DNA of 64,000 bases from Macrostomum hystrix (lineage: Eukaryota; Animalia; Platyhelminthes), in assembly GCA_950097015.1 (NCBI GenBank), contig CATNEN010000003.1:1240001-1304000 (forward strand). Reading direction: 5' to 3'. The translations under genes were made by a program, and so were the position numbers. How positions within the stretch are numbered: position 1 is the stretch's first letter; each line of letters begins with the position of its first letter. A model generated the notes under the pieces. The model saw only the letters and a list, made by a program, of their open reading frames with translations, was not told the origin of the DNA and did not search any database. Positions 38,230 to 52,065 of the stretch are shown piece after piece.

Positions 38230-38826
38230 CTCCCGTGTCTTATCTCCCCGTGTCTCATCTCTCTCCCGTGTCTCATCTCTCCCGTGTCTCATCTCTCCCG
38301 TGTCTCATCTCTCCCGTGTCTCATCTCTCCCGTGTCTCATCTCTCCTGTGTCTCATCTCTCTCCCGTGTCTCATCTCTCCTGTGTCTCATCTCTCTCCCG
38401 TGTCTCATCTCTCTCCCGTGTCTCATCTCTCCTGTGTCTCATCTCTCTCCCGTGTCTCATCTCACCCGTGTCTCATCTCTCCCGTATCTCATCTCCCCCG
38501 TGTCTCAACTCTCTCCCGTGTCTCATCTCTCCCGTGTCTCATCTCCCCCGTGCCCCATCTCTCCCGTGCCCCATCTCTCCCGTGTCTCATCTCTCCCATG
38601 TCTAATCTCTCCCGTGTCTCATCTCTCCCATGTCTCATCTCTCCCGTGTCTCATCTCCCCCGTGTCTCATCTCTCTCCCGTGTCTCATCTCTCCCGTGTC
38701 TCATCTCCCCCGTGCCCCATCTCTCCCGTGTCTCATCTCTCCCATGTCTCATCTCTCCCGTGTCTCATCTCTCCCATGTCTCATCTCTCCCGTGTCTCAT
38801 CTCTCCCATGTCTCATCTCTCCCGTG
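38230..38826. repeat. ~17-bp pyrimidine-rich minisatellite
   Basis: ccgtgtctcatctctc(tc). Confidence 0.94.
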
Positions 38827-39732
38827 TGTAATTACTGTAATCTGTCAGTTCTTTTCACTTTGCTTTGAATGAAAATCCAGCAAGACAAAAAGGCGATGGA
38901 CAATTTATCGCAGTTCAGTTGGTTATCATTTCGAGGCACTTTAGGAAAAAAACAAGAGCTTTAGAGTTTTGTATTGTATTTTACGAGTATAGAGGGTGCA
39001 CATAGATTACAGAGTTTGTGCTAATCAATTAGTCATACAAGCGAGTTATTTATCAGGGAACAAATGAACAATTGGATAGTGACTAAAATTTTAAGGTAAT
39101 AATAATTGTCACAATTTAATCTTCAAGTCTAGAAATTGTGAACGCCAATTCACTGGTCTAAATCGGCTTTTTTGGATGTTCTTGAATCCCAAATATGTAC
39201 TTTTAATTACAAATTTTTGCTGTTTTCTATAAAAAGCTAAATAACTTTTATACACAGCTAAATAGTAGAAAAAAGTGTTCAGTTAATAAGCATTGATGGA
39301 CAGACACGCATTATGAAGGCGGCATTAGATATAGTTTTAGATACTTTATGCTTATATACTTTACTATATGCGAATTCAAAGCAGACAGTTTCACGTAAAT
39401 CTTTCAGTAGATTTGGAAACAATTTTGTGATAAACAAAACAAATTTATCTGAATTTAGTTTCCAAGAAATCGAAAGAGAATGAAAACAAAAGGCAGTTTG
39501 AACCCAACAGTACTACGAATTTTTTGTTTAAAAATTCTGCCGCTTTTTAATTTAAATTGATTAGATCATCCAGCGTGAAAATGGCACCAATTTAAACTCA
39601 GACAGAAAAAAATCAAACAAATAACTCACTTTTTGGACAGACTCGTGAGACTTGAAGAGGACGAGGTCGACAATCACACGGAATTTACAAACTTGAACAG
39701 TTCGACTAATTAGAAAGGTGCAAATCTGACTG

Positions 39733-40157
39733 TCAGATTGCTCCACCGCTGTGGTACTTGTAGTAGTACTGATGCTGGGCCGCCTCATCAGCCTTGAGCT
39801 GGCCGTATCCAGCGTAACCGGCCGCGCTCATGTCGTAGTACTTCAAGTCGCTGGCGTTCATCAGGGAACTGATTGAGAACGGGTGCGAATGGTGCGCGAA
39901 ATTGCCAACTAGCGATGGGTCCATGTGGGGCATCATGTCTGCGGACAGGAAATAGCCTGACATTGAGAGCGGGTCCTGCTGCTGCTGCTGCTGCTGCGGT
40001 TGATATTGATACTGCATCTGCTGCTGCTGCTGATGATGATGCTGATGATGCAACTGATGCTGCTGCTGTTGCTGCTGCAGCTCAAGGCTATCATGCTGCA
40101 TCGTATGGTGCTGCTGATGCTGAAGGTAGTGTTGAATTTCACCATGCTGCATGGCCA

Positions 40158-40192
<35 letters not shown>

Positions 40193-41286
40193 GGCTGCTG
40201 CTGCATCTGCATTTGCATCTGGTGCTGCAGTAGCTGCTGATGCTGCTGCTGCTGTTGCTGCAGGCTCAGGGTGGATTCCCGGCTGCTGCACCTGTCCGAG
40301 GCGGCAGCGGAGCCACACTCCGGCTCCTCCTTCAACTTGCCGCCGTCGCCATCAGCGTCTTCGTCACCGTCGCCAGAAGCGGCGGCTCGATTCGCCTGCC
40401 TGGTTGCCTCCCGCTGCGGATCCTTGAACCGCTTCTGCCGGCGCAGGTAACAGCCGTTCTCGAACATGTTGCCGCTGTCCGGGTGCAGAGTCCAGTAGGA
40501 GCCTTTGCCCGGCTTGTCCGGACTGCGCGGCACCTTCAAGAAGCAGTCGTTGAAGGACAGCGAGTGCCGGATCGAGTTCTGCCAGCGCTGCTGATTCTGC
40601 CGATAGTACGGGAACAGGTCCATGATGAACTGGTAGATCTCGGCCAGTGTGCACATCTTCTGCGGCGACTGTTGAATGGCCATTGTGATCAGGCTGATGT
40701 AGCTGTAGGGCGGCTTGGCGTGTGTGTAACTTCGCCTGTACGCTGCTGCGGCTGCCGCGGCCGCGGCCGCTTTGCCGCCGTCCAGACAGCCGACTGACAT
40801 CGCGGCTGCTGCCGCAGCCGCCGCACCAGGATGCTGCTGCTGAATCTGCTGCAGATGATGATGATGGTGATGATGCTGCTGCTGCTGCTGAAGCTGCGAG
40901 TGATGGTGCTGCTGCTGCAGGTGCTGCTGCTGCAGGTGTTGAAGATGGTGCGACGGTGGCGGCTGCTGCGGATGCTGAGTCTGGTGAAGAGCGCTGTGGT
41001 CCACTGACGACGAATAAGCCGCAGCGGCGGCCGCGGCAGCCGCGGCGGCGGCAGCAGCGGCAGCGGCCGCAGCCGCAGAACCGGGCGCCGACATTGTAGA
41101 CATTGTGGACGCGCTGAGCACATCGGCGCCACTGTAGGCAGCAGCGGCGGCAGCAGCCGCAGCAGCCGCAGCCGACGAAGGCACAGTGGTCTGCAGAGTC
41201 GACTCAACGCCGTCCACTCCGCCGGCATTTGTGACGTCATCAATATCGCTTCCGCCGCCGCCGTCGCTGGCAGTGCTGTTCAGCAT
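39733..41286 (-). CDS. foxA: Forkhead box A transcription factor, single exon (517 aa)
   Basis: FoxA-diagnostic domain [61 protein letters not shown]; C-terminal EH1-like HPFSISSLM; first ATG at 41286. Confidence 0.97.
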
Positions 41287-42052
41287 GTTTTTCAAGCTCA
41301 AATCTTTGTTTGTTTTAGTCTTTGTTTGCGCCGCAGTGTGGGAGCGGGGGAGCGGGCTTGTGCAGTCCCTTGGGTGGGGTTGGGGGAACGATTTGCCAAT
41401 CGGCAAACAAGAAGTTCGATCAATGACAAACTTCTTAGGCGCTAAAAGCTGCCTTGGAAATTGTAGACCTCAGCACCTACTGGGGGGGCTTGCCCGCACA
41501 AACAGTTGTGAACACACACAGAACATACACACACGGACACTCTCAACACACAGCGCCGCTTACAGAAGGGGGTTGGTAGTTCGGCTCCGACTTTGATTTC
41601 GAAGAGGCCTGAAGGAGTTCAGGATTGTGTGCCCAGTCTAGTAGGGGTGGGGACGGCTTCCAGGAGCTTCCAGAGGCTTCGGATCTGGGAGAGGTGGTCG
41701 CAAGGTTTGGCCTTGGCAAATTTGCTAACTCTGATTGCACCCGGGACGGGTGGCAGCATAAATTCTCGAACAGGAGGGAGAGGGAGAGAAGGAATGGGAG
41801 AGGCAGACCTGTTCGCGAGCTCAACGCGGCCCACCGGCCCACCGTTCTCAAAGCTTCTCAAGGCTTCGCGACCAGTCGAAGCATCTGATTGGCTGCGAAA
41901 CTGGCTGCTTCTCATTGGCCGCGACTGCCTGAGCCTAACTGAGGCAGTGCCTTCAGGGTGACAGCAGTGATGGGTTTCAACTCTGACAAGTTTCAGTTCA
42001 ATGAAATCCATGATGCATTCGAGCTAAAAATTATATTGAAATCAAAGTTTTT

Positions 42053-42735
42053 GTCTCAACTCCAAGCTTCAGTCTCAACTCCAAGCTTCAGTCTCAACTC
42101 CAAGCTTCAGTCTCAACTCCAAGCTTCAGTCTCAACTCCAAGCTTTAATCTCAACTCCAAGCTCCTCAACTCCAAGCTTCAGTCTCAACTCCAAGCTTCA
42201 GTCTCAATTCCAAGCTTCAGTCTCAACTCCAAGCTTCAGTCTCAATTCCAAGCTTCAGTCTCAATTCCAAGCTTCAGTTCTCAACTCCAAGCTTCAGTCT
42301 CAATTCCAAGCTTCAGTCTCAACTCCAAGCTTCAGTCTCAACTCCAAGCTTCAGTCTCAACTCCAAGCTTCAGTCTCAATTCCAAGCTTCAGTTCTCAAC
42401 TCCAAGCTTCAGTCTCAACTCCAAGCTTCAGTCTCAACTGCAAGCTTCAGTCTCAATTCCAAGCTTCAGTCTCAACTCCAAGCTTCAGTCTCAACTCCAA
42501 GCTTCAGTCTCAACTCCAAGCTTCAGTCTCAACTCCAAGCTTCAGTCTCAACTCCAAGCTTCAGTCTCAACTCCAAGCTTCAGTCTCAACTCCAAGCTTC
42601 AGTTCTCAACTCCAAGCTTCAGTCTTAACTCCAAACTTCAGTCTCAACTCCAAGCTTCAGTCTCAACTCCAAGCTTCAGTCTCAACTGCAAGCTTCAGTC
42701 TCAACTGCAAGCTTCAGTCTAAACTCCAAGCTCCA
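42053..42735. repeat. 19-bp minisatellite upstream of FoxA
   Basis: tctcaactccaagcttcag. Confidence 0.95.
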
Positions 42736-42952
42736 GCAAGAAGGTTCATTGAAGACGAAGCAACTAACAATATTCTTGTTGGTAAAATACGATAAAATTG
42801 GAAAATGGTTAGGTAAATACACTACATACTACTCAAGAGCAGCTTTTTAATATGCAAGTAGTATGCCTGATATATGATAAATATTCGTCTTCAAGATTCC
42901 AGTGAAATTATTCAAAATTAGAGTGAACCAAAATCTATTAAAATGTAAAATT

Positions 42953-43146
42953 ACGATGAGAAAGTCAGATCACATGTACACACCTGTGTGAGTGTGTCTG
43001 CGCACAGTATCTGTGTGAGTGTGTGCTCAGGAGTCAGCGAAATGGGCAGAATTGCCTCCTCGCCGGCTGCGGGTCTAGTGTCACCAAATGATGTGCCACT
43101 GCCTGCAGCTCTCCTGCAGTTATTATTGTTATTATTATTATTATTA
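42953..43146 (+). mobile_element. 5'-truncated SINE family 1 copy with (TTA)n tail
   Basis: Reverse complement of ~45413-45564, followed by a ttattattg..ttatta tail. Confidence 0.8.
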
Positions 43147-43499
43147 AGTCACGAAATGGCGATAACATTACCGATTTGAACATTTATAGACACGTGTCAC
43201 GTTGTTATAAAGCGTCTATTAATTCAGTTCCTAACGATGAAAATGATTCTTTTTAATGACGATGCACTTTAAATAGATTATGCCACAGATGTAAGGTTGT
43301 ACACGACGAAAGTAATTGGGATTAGGAAATTTAGTTAAACAAAAAATAGCATGCAATTAAAGTTTAGCCAAAGTTAAAACAAGGTTTAATACATTGCGGT
43401 GTGGCACAACAAGATTTTTTGAAATTCGCAATTGGAAATTCCTACCTGTTTTAGATTGGTTGTACTCCCAAATTTTAGGCAGGGAGTTATATTCCCGAC

Positions 43500-43850
43500 A
43501 TCAGTTTACACAGTGAATTCCCACCTGTTTACATAGGGAATTCCTACCTGTTTACATAAGGAATTCCCAACTTTTTACATGGGGAATTCACTCCTGTTTT
43601 CTTAAGGAATTCCCACCTGTTTACAAAAGGACTTCCCACCTGTTTACAAAAGAAATTCCCACCTGTTTACACAGGGAATTCCCACCTGTTTTCTTAATGA
43701 ATTCCCACCTGTTTACATAGGGAATTCTCACCTGTTTTCTTAATGAATTCCCACCTGTTTACAAAAGGACTTCCCACCTGTTTACAAAAGAAATTCCCAC
43801 CTGTTTACACAGGGAATTCCCACCTGTTTACATAAGGAATTCCCAACGGG
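43500..43850. repeat. 23-bp minisatellite carrying TGTTTAC, CACCTG and GGGAATTCCC
   Basis: gggaattcccacctgtttacata and variants. Confidence 0.9.
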
Positions 43851-44072
43851 TTAGATAAGGATTCGTATCTGTTCAGATTGGCGATTCGAATTGTTCAGAT
43901 AGGGAATTCCTAAAATTTTTATTTTGAGAATTCCCAACTGGTTAGATAAATAATTCTGAACTGCTTAGATAGGTAAATCTCAACTACTAGATAGGGAATT
44001 TCCTTTTTATTGATCGCGCTTTCAATAATCATCCGAGCACCAATGTTTATTCATCAGCACTTCATCAGACTG

Positions 44073-44083
44073 TCAGACTGAAG

Positions 44084-44117
<34 letters not shown>

Positions 44118-47100
44118 TTGCTTCTTTAACCCGTTAAGCTGAGTGACAATGGACTTGCTAGACCACCGATACCGCTTAGGCCAGGTCAGACTGACTGTGA
44201 CGCCAGTCCGCCTAGTCGCCCTGATCCGATCGAACACAAAATCGTAGCGCTGATGCAGCGACCACAGCTCGTACATGATGAAGATGATGGCAGCCAGCGA
44301 CCCGGCTCCAATCAGAATTGCATTCACAATGTTCACTCTGCCGCCTGACGGGTGGAGCATAGACCAGAGGCCGAAGCCGATGAGCACACCGGAGAGAACT
44401 AGCACCGTGAAGAAATGTCTGACAGGTGGTGGAACAGTTTTATTATTAGAGCAGGCGATCTGTCTGGTCTAACAGGTTATCTAACATGTTGTCTAACAGT
44501 GGATCTGTCTAGTCTAACAGGTTATCTAACAGGTTGTCTAACAGGTTATCTAAGAGGTTTTCTAACAGGTTATCTAACAGGTTGTCTAACAGGTTATCTA
44601 ACAGGTTGTCTAACAGGTTATCTAACAGGTTGTCTAACAGTGGATCTGTCTAGTCTAACAGGTTATCTAACAGGTTGTCTAACAGGTTATCTAAGAGGTT
44701 TTCTAACAGGTTATCTAACAGGTTGTCTAACAGGTTATCTAACAGGTTGTCTAACAGGTTATCTAACATGTTGTCTAACAGTGGATCTGTCTAGTCTAAC
44801 AGGTTGTCTAACAGGTTGTCTAACAGGTTATCTAACATGTTGTCTAACAGTGGATCTGTCTAGTCTAACAAGTTATCTAACAGTTGATCTAACAGGTTGT
44901 CTAACAGGTCAATCATCACTCACCTGGCAAATGAAGTCCTAGCCGCTGAGTCGCAGGCCCTCCGTCCTCGCCTTCTGGTCACTATGAAGGCGTCGCCGCA
45001 GGCGGTGCACCGCAGGCTGAGCTGACGGCTGCCGCCGCCTCCGCGACCTTCGCCGAAGCCGTATGAGCAGCCGGCGTACACAGCGTCCTCAATGAACTTG
45101 GTCTCCAGGCAGGTCACGTGAAGTCGGCGGTCCACACAGGAGCACGGCAGCCGCTTAGTCGGTGCTGGCGGCTCGTCCATCACCTGGAACTCCTGGCGCG
45201 GACTGTTGAAGTGCTGGCACAGCTGGCAAACATCGTCCTGCCAGATTGACAACTGGCTGCTCTTGCTGGGATTGCCGCTGCTGGAGTGGGTGAGATTAGA
45301 TCAGATGGAGATGAGATTGGGTCGAGTTTAAGGTGAGATTTGGATTAGATTAGTATGGAATTATATAATATTAGTTGAGATTGCGAAAACAATAATTAAT
45401 TGCAGGCGGGCCATGGCGCATCATTTAGTGGCACTAGACCCGCAGCCAGCGAGGATCAGAGGCAATTCTGACCATTTCGCTGACTCCTGAGCACACACGC
45501 ACACAGATACTGTACGCAGACACACTCACACAGGTGTGTACATCTGCCCGGACTTTCTCATCGTCAGGCAGTGTACACTCTCACTGTGTCTTGGAGGTTG
45601 GCCCTCAAGGGCGTAAATTGCACGACAAGTCACCAAGCCTTCTCTCCGCTGCTGCGCCCCAAATGAATGTGGCCTCACCGCGGAATCGAACTTGGGGACC
45701 GTGGAGCGAGAGTCAAACGCGTTAACTGCTCTGCCACCGATCCCGTTGAGATAGCGATGAGATTAGATATGAATAGATGCAATTACATGAGCAATGATCA
45801 GATTGAGGTGAGATCTGATTATATTTGATCAGATTGGATGAGATCAGATGAGTCTAGATGAGATCAGATGAGTCTAGATGAGTCTAGATGAGATAAGATG
45901 AGTCTAGATGAGTCTAGATGAGATCAGATGAGTCTAGATGAGTCTAGATGAGATCAGATGAGTCTAGATGAGTCTAGATGAGATAAGATGAGTCTAGATG
46001 AGTCTAGATTAGATCAGATGAGTCTAGATGAGTCTAGATGAGATCAGATGAGTCTAGATGAGATCAGATGAGATCAGATAAGTCTAGATGAGATCAGATG
46101 AGTTTAGATGAGATCAGATAAGTTTAGATGAGATCAGATGAGTCTAGATGAGATCAGATAAGTCTAGATGAGATCAGATGAGTCTAGATGAGATCAGATG
46201 AGTCTAGATGAGATCAGATGAGTCTAGATGAGATCAGATGAGTCTAGATGAGATCAGATAAGTCTAGATGAGATCAGATGAGTCTAGATGAGATCAGATA
46301 AGTCTAGATGAGATCAGATGAGTCTAGATGAGATCAGATAAGTCTTGATGAGATCAGATGAGTCTAGATGAGATCAGATGAGTCTAGATGAGATCAGATG
46401 AGTCTTGATGAGATCAGATGAGTCTAGATGAGATCAGATGAGTCTAGATGAGATCAGATAAGTCTTGATGAGATCAGATAAGTCTTGATGAGATCAGATG
46501 AGTCTAGATGAGATCAGATGAGTCTAGATGAGATCAGATGAGTCTAGATGAGATCAGATGAGTCTAGATGAGATCAGATAAGTCTAGATGAGATCAGATG
46601 AGTCTAGATGAGATCAGATGAGTCTAGATGAGATCAGATGAGTCTAGATGAGATCAGATGAGTCTAGATGAGATCAGATGAGTCTAGATGAGATCAGATG
46701 AGATCAGATGTGCCTAGATGAGATTGGATGTTCAAATCTCATACCGTTAAGATACTTAACCCGAAATTATTATTCCGTCACACAAATAGTTTAACAGTAT
46801 CAAGTGGAATATACATTTCTAAGATTAGGTTATGAACAGTTTATTTGAAAGCTCTGCTTTGAAAAATGCTCACAGAGCATAAAATGACAGCTCTCCTCGA
46901 AAATGGAAAATTCCGCTTAAAATTTCGCAGCTAATTCTGAGAACAGGTAATTGAGACGTGTGAGTAGGGCGACAACATTTTCTGACTAAGAAAGCAAATA
47001 GTCATGGAAATGATGAAAGTAATTAGTTCACCTACGCATAACCTAGGCATTTAAAATTTCTATAATTTCCCAGTGAACAAACAATAAATACTGACATAGT

Positions 47101-49252
47101 CAATTGCAGTTAATTGTATATAAAATTATTGTTTCTAACTAGCTTCCGGAAAAGAATAGGTATACAGTTGGCTTGTTAAAAGTTAAAGAATAAATTAACC
47201 ATTGACTTACCTGATGCTTATGTACTAGTCTTATATATACTGGAACTAATAAAATACGGTAATGAACTATATGAACAGACGATTCAATCTGTCTAACAGG
47301 TATTTTAAATAGTCTAACAGGTAGTGAAACCAGTCTAACGGGTAATGAAACCAGTCTAACAGGTTATGAAACCAGTCTAACAGGTAATGAAACTAGTCTA
47401 GAAGGTAATGAAACCACTCTAACAGGTAATGAAACCACTCTAACGGGTAATGAAACCAGTCTAACAGGTTATGAAACCAGTCTAACAGGTAATGAAACTA
47501 GTCTAGAAGGTAATGAAACCACTCTAACAGGTAATGAAACCAGTCTAACAGGTTATGAAACCAGTCAAACAGGTAATGAAACCAGTCTAACAGGTAATGA
47601 AACTAGTCTAGAAGGTAATGAAACCACTCTAACAGGTAATGAAACCAGTCTAACAGGTAATGAAAACAGTCTAACAGGTAATGAAACCAGTCTAACAGGT
47701 AATGAAACCAGTCTAGAAGGTAATGAAACCAGTCTAACAGGTAATGAAACCAGTCTAACAGGTTATGAAACCAGTCTAACAGGTTATGAAACCAGTCTAA
47801 CAGGTAGTGAAACCAGTCTAACAGGTAGTGAAACCAGTCTAACAGGTAATGAAACCAGTCTAACAGGTTATGAAACCAGTCTAACAGGTAATGAAACCAG
47901 TCTAACAGGTAATGAAACCAGTCTAAGAGGTAGTGAAACCGGTCTAGAAGGTAATGAAACCAGTCTAACAGGTAATGAAACCAGTCTAGAAGGTAATGAA
48001 ACCAGTCTAACAGGTAATGAAACCAGTCTAGAAGGTAATGAAACCAGTCTAACAGGTAATGAAACCAGTCTAACAGGTTATGAAACCAGTCTAACAGGTA
48101 ATGAAACCAGTCTAACAGGTAATGAAACCAGTCTAACAGGTAATGAAACCAGTCTAACAGGTAATGAAACCAGTCTAGAAGGTAATGAAACCAGTCTAAC
48201 AGGTAATGAAACCAGTCTAACAGGTAATGAAACCAGTCTAACAGGTAATGAAACCAGTCTAACAGGTAATGAAACCAGTCTAACAGTTAATGAAACCAGT
48301 CTAACAGGTTATGAAACCAGTCTAACAGGTAATGAAACCAGTCTAACAGGTAATGAAACCAGTCTAAGAGGTAGTGAAACCGGTCTAGAAGGTAATGAAA
48401 CCAGTCTAACAGGTAATGAAACCAGTCTAGAAGGTAATGAAACCAGTCTAACAGGTAATGAAACCAGTCTAGAAGGTAATGAAACCAGTCTAACAGGTAA
48501 TGAAACCAGTCTAACAGGTTATGAAACCAGTCTAACAGGTAATGAAACCAGTCTAACAGGTAATGAAACCAGTCTAACAGGTAATGAAACCAGTCTAACA
48601 GGTAATGAAACCAGTCTAGAAGGTAATGAAACCAGTCTAACAGGTAATGAAACCAGTCTAACAGGTAATGAAACCAGTCTAACAGGTAATGAAACCAGTC
48701 TAACAGGTTATGAAACCAGTCTAACAGGTAATGAAACCAGTCTAACAGGTAATGAAACCAGTCTAACAGGTAATGAAACCAGTCTAACAGGTTATGAAAC
48801 CAGTCTAACAGGTAATGAAATCAGTCTAACAGGTAATGAAACCAGTCTAACAGGTAATGAAACCAGTCTAACAGGTAATGAAACCAGTCTAACAGGTAAT
48901 GCAATCGGTCTCACCTCACATCGGGTGAAGCGGTCTCAGTCTGCAGCAGACGTCGCATCCGGTGCAGTTGACTATCCGAGAAATGCTTCGGTTGGCACTT
49001 GTCGCAGTCTTTCAATGAGAAGCCTTCGCTGAGAAGGACTTCGCCGTCATTGCTGGCAGTTGTTGTCAAGGGGTTGAAGCGGGTCACTCTTGCCTGGCCC
49101 CTGGTTACCTTGACAACGGGCATGAGAACTGTCGGCGTCTCCATCACCACCAACTGAATAGAATTTCCCTCCGATGTTTGCACCTCATCAGCCTGGTCCA
49201 ACAGGGCGGAGGTTTCCAAACTGCTCTCCGCATTGTCCCCCGATTGGATCAT
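44073..49252 (-). CDS. MARCH-type RING-CH (C4HC3) transmembrane E3 ubiquitin ligase-like protein (~346 aa)
   Basis: Exons 49252-48915, 45280-44924, 44418-44073 (phase-2 introns consistent). CQLC..PCSC..HVTC..CTAC followed by two hydrophobic helices. Confidence 0.75.
44455..44910. repeat. 12-bp-based minisatellite, last intron of the MARCH-like gene
   Basis: ctaacaggtt(g/a)t units. Confidence 0.93.
45390..45740 (-). mobile_element. Near full-length tRNA-derived SINE (family 1, ~350 bp)
   Basis: Minus-strand head GGTGGCAGAGCAGTTAA (A box) and AGTTCGATTCC (B box); body shared with four other loci in the window. Confidence 0.8.
45835..46730. repeat. 10/20-bp minisatellite
   Basis: agatcagatg agtctagatg. 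Confidence 0.96.
47290..48900. repeat. 21-bp minisatellite with a 441-bp internal duplication
   Basis: gaaaccagtctaacaggtaat; variant gtctaagagg at 47921 and 48362. Confidence 0.96.
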
Positions 49253-49314
49253 GGGATTAGGGAGCTGGAACTGAAAATTAAAGGTAGGCATGATTTTAAG
49301 AATGAGTCGAACAG

Positions 49315-50712
49315 GTCTAACATCTAACACCCCTGACTAACAGTGAGAATCCCTATCTAACACCCCAGTAAACATCCCTGTCTAACATCTAACTACCTGT
49401 GTAACATCTAACACACTGTCTAACATCTAACACTCCTCTCTAATATCTAACACGCCGTCAAAAATCTAACACCCCAGTTAACATCTAACACCATGTCTGA
49501 CATCTAACACCATGTCTAACATCTAAGACTACGTCTAACATCTTACACCCTGTCTAACATCCAACACCCTGTCTAACATCTAACACCCTGTCTAACATCT
49601 AACACCATGTCTAACATCTAAGACTACGTCTAACATCTAACACACTGTCTAACATCTAACACTCCTCTCTAATATCTAACACGCCGTCAAAAATCTAACA
49701 CCCCAGTGAACATCCCTGTCTAACATCTAACTCACTGTGTAACATCTAACACCCTGTCTAAACATCTAACACCATGTCTAACATCTAACACCATGTCTAA
49801 CATCTAAGACTACGTCTAACATCTAACACACTGTCTAACATCTAACACTCCTCTCTAATATCTAACACGCCGTCAAAAATCTAACACCCCAGTAAACATC
49901 CCTGTCTAACATCTAACTACCTGTGTAACATCTAACACACTGTCTAACATCTAACACTCCTCTCTAATATCTAACACGCCGTCAAAAATCTAACACCCCA
50001 GTAAACATCTAACACCATGTCTAACATCTAACACCATGTCTAACATCTAAGACTACGTCTAACATCTAACACCCTGTCTAACATCTAACACCCTGTCTAA
50101 CATCTAACACCCTGTCTAACATCTAACACCATGTCTAACATCTAAGACTACGTCTAACATCTAACACACTGTCTAACATCTAACACTCCTCTCTAATATC
50201 TAACACGCCGTCAAAAATCTAACACCCAGTGAACATCCCTGTCTAACATCTAACTCCCTGTGTAACATCTAACACCCTGTCTAAACATCTAACACCATGT
50301 CTAACATCTAACACCATGTCTAACATCTAAGACTACGTCTAACATCTAACACCCTGTCTAACATCTAACACACTGTCTAACATCTAACACTCCTCTCTAA
50401 TATCTAACACACCGTCAAAAATCTAACACCCCAGTGAACATCCCTGTCTAACATCTAACACCCTGTCTAACATCTAACACCCTGTCTAACATCTAACACC
50501 ATGTCTAACATCTAAGACTACGTCTAACATCTAACACACTGTCTAACATCTAACACTCCTCCCTAATATCTAACACGCCGTCAAAAATCTAACACCCCAG
50601 TGAACATCTAACACCATGTCTAACATCTAAGACTACGTCTAACATCTAACACCCTGTCTAACATCTAACACCCTGTCTAACATCTAAAACCCTGTCTAAC
50701 ATCTAACACCTA
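49315..50712. repeat. Complex ~19-bp minisatellite with recurring variant blocks
   Basis: tctaacatctaacaccctg with repeated variant cassettes (gactacg, acgccgtcaaaa). Confidence 0.93.
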
Positions 50713-51341
50713 AGAGCGAGCGCCTAACAGAAATCACTCACAGTGAAAGAGTAGAGTAGTACAAAGTCTTGGCAGGCGAGCTGTTAGCGGCTAATAATCC
50801 AGTCCACCAGAGGCCTTGACCAATGCAGGGCCACCACTTTTGTGGCTGCAATGCTGAGAACAAGAAAACGCAGTTTTATCTAATACAGTCTCGCTTTCAT
50901 CCAGTTCTGTTCTGCTATACTGTCTTCAAATTAAGCTGAGAAAGTCACAGCGATAAATAGCAGACAAGCCTAATGCAATGCGCCCCTAGAAGACAATAAA
51001 AAGCATTGGGGTGGACTCCAGCTACCCAAGTCGAATTGGAAGGGTCACACGTAGCAGAGCTTGCCTGAACTGCAGACTCAAGCTGTGAAAGAGATGACAC
51101 ACAGAGACACAAACAAGCCATGCCTGAGAAATTCTTCGACCTTGGGAGTGCGGAAGATTACTTGCAGCAGCTACTTACTAGGCAGCGTATAAGAATGCAA
51201 CTATTATAATGCCATGGAGCTTGTGTGTATTGGCAGATCTGAGCTTTAGTGCTCAACATTCAATGCGCAATAGTACGAGTATTCTGTACAGCTCAATAAG
51301 TATGATCATACAATGCCTGTGACTGTACTGCACCTGTGGCA

Positions 51342-52065
51342 TCCGTTACTTTATAATCGTTAATATGTTCGACAGGGACATTCGTTACTTTATAATCGTT
51401 TAAATGTTCGGCACGTACTTCCGGTACTTTCTAATATTTTAGATGTTCGACAGGGACTTCCGTTACTTTATAATCGTTAATATGTTCGACAGGGACATTC
51501 GTTACTTTATAATCGTTAATATGTTCGACAGGGACTTCCGTTACTTTAAAAAAGTTGTAGGTGGTAAAACAGGAACATCCGTTACTTTAGGTGTTAGAGA
51601 GGGCCATCCGTTACTTTATAATCGTTTAAATGTTCGACAGGGACTTCCGTTACTTTACAATCGTTAATATTTTCGACAGGGACATATGTTACTTTATAAT
51701 CGTTAATATGTTCGACAGGGACATTCGTTACTTTATAATCATTAATATGTTCGACAGGGACTTCCGTTACTTTACAATCGTTAATATTTTCGACAGGGAT
51801 ATTCGTTACTTTATAATCGTTAATATGTTCGACAGGGACATTCGTTACTTTATAATCGTTAATATGTTCGACAGGGACTTCCGTTACTTTAAAAAAGTTG
51901 TAGGTGGTAAAACAGGAATATCCGTTACTTTAGGTGTTAGAGAGGGCCATCCGTTACTTTATAATCGTTTAAATGTTCGACACGGGCAATCGTTACTTAA
52001 TAATATTATAGGTGTCAAACAGGGACATCCGTTACTTTAGAATAGTTAATATGTTAGACAGGGCC
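51342..52065. repeat. 39-bp minisatellite
   Basis: gttactttataatcgttaatatgttcgacagggacattc. Confidence 0.92.

Noticed and set aside
41287-41406. N-terminal extension of FoxA in the ORF track
   Set aside because: It starts at a TTG; the first ATG at 41286 is the likely start.
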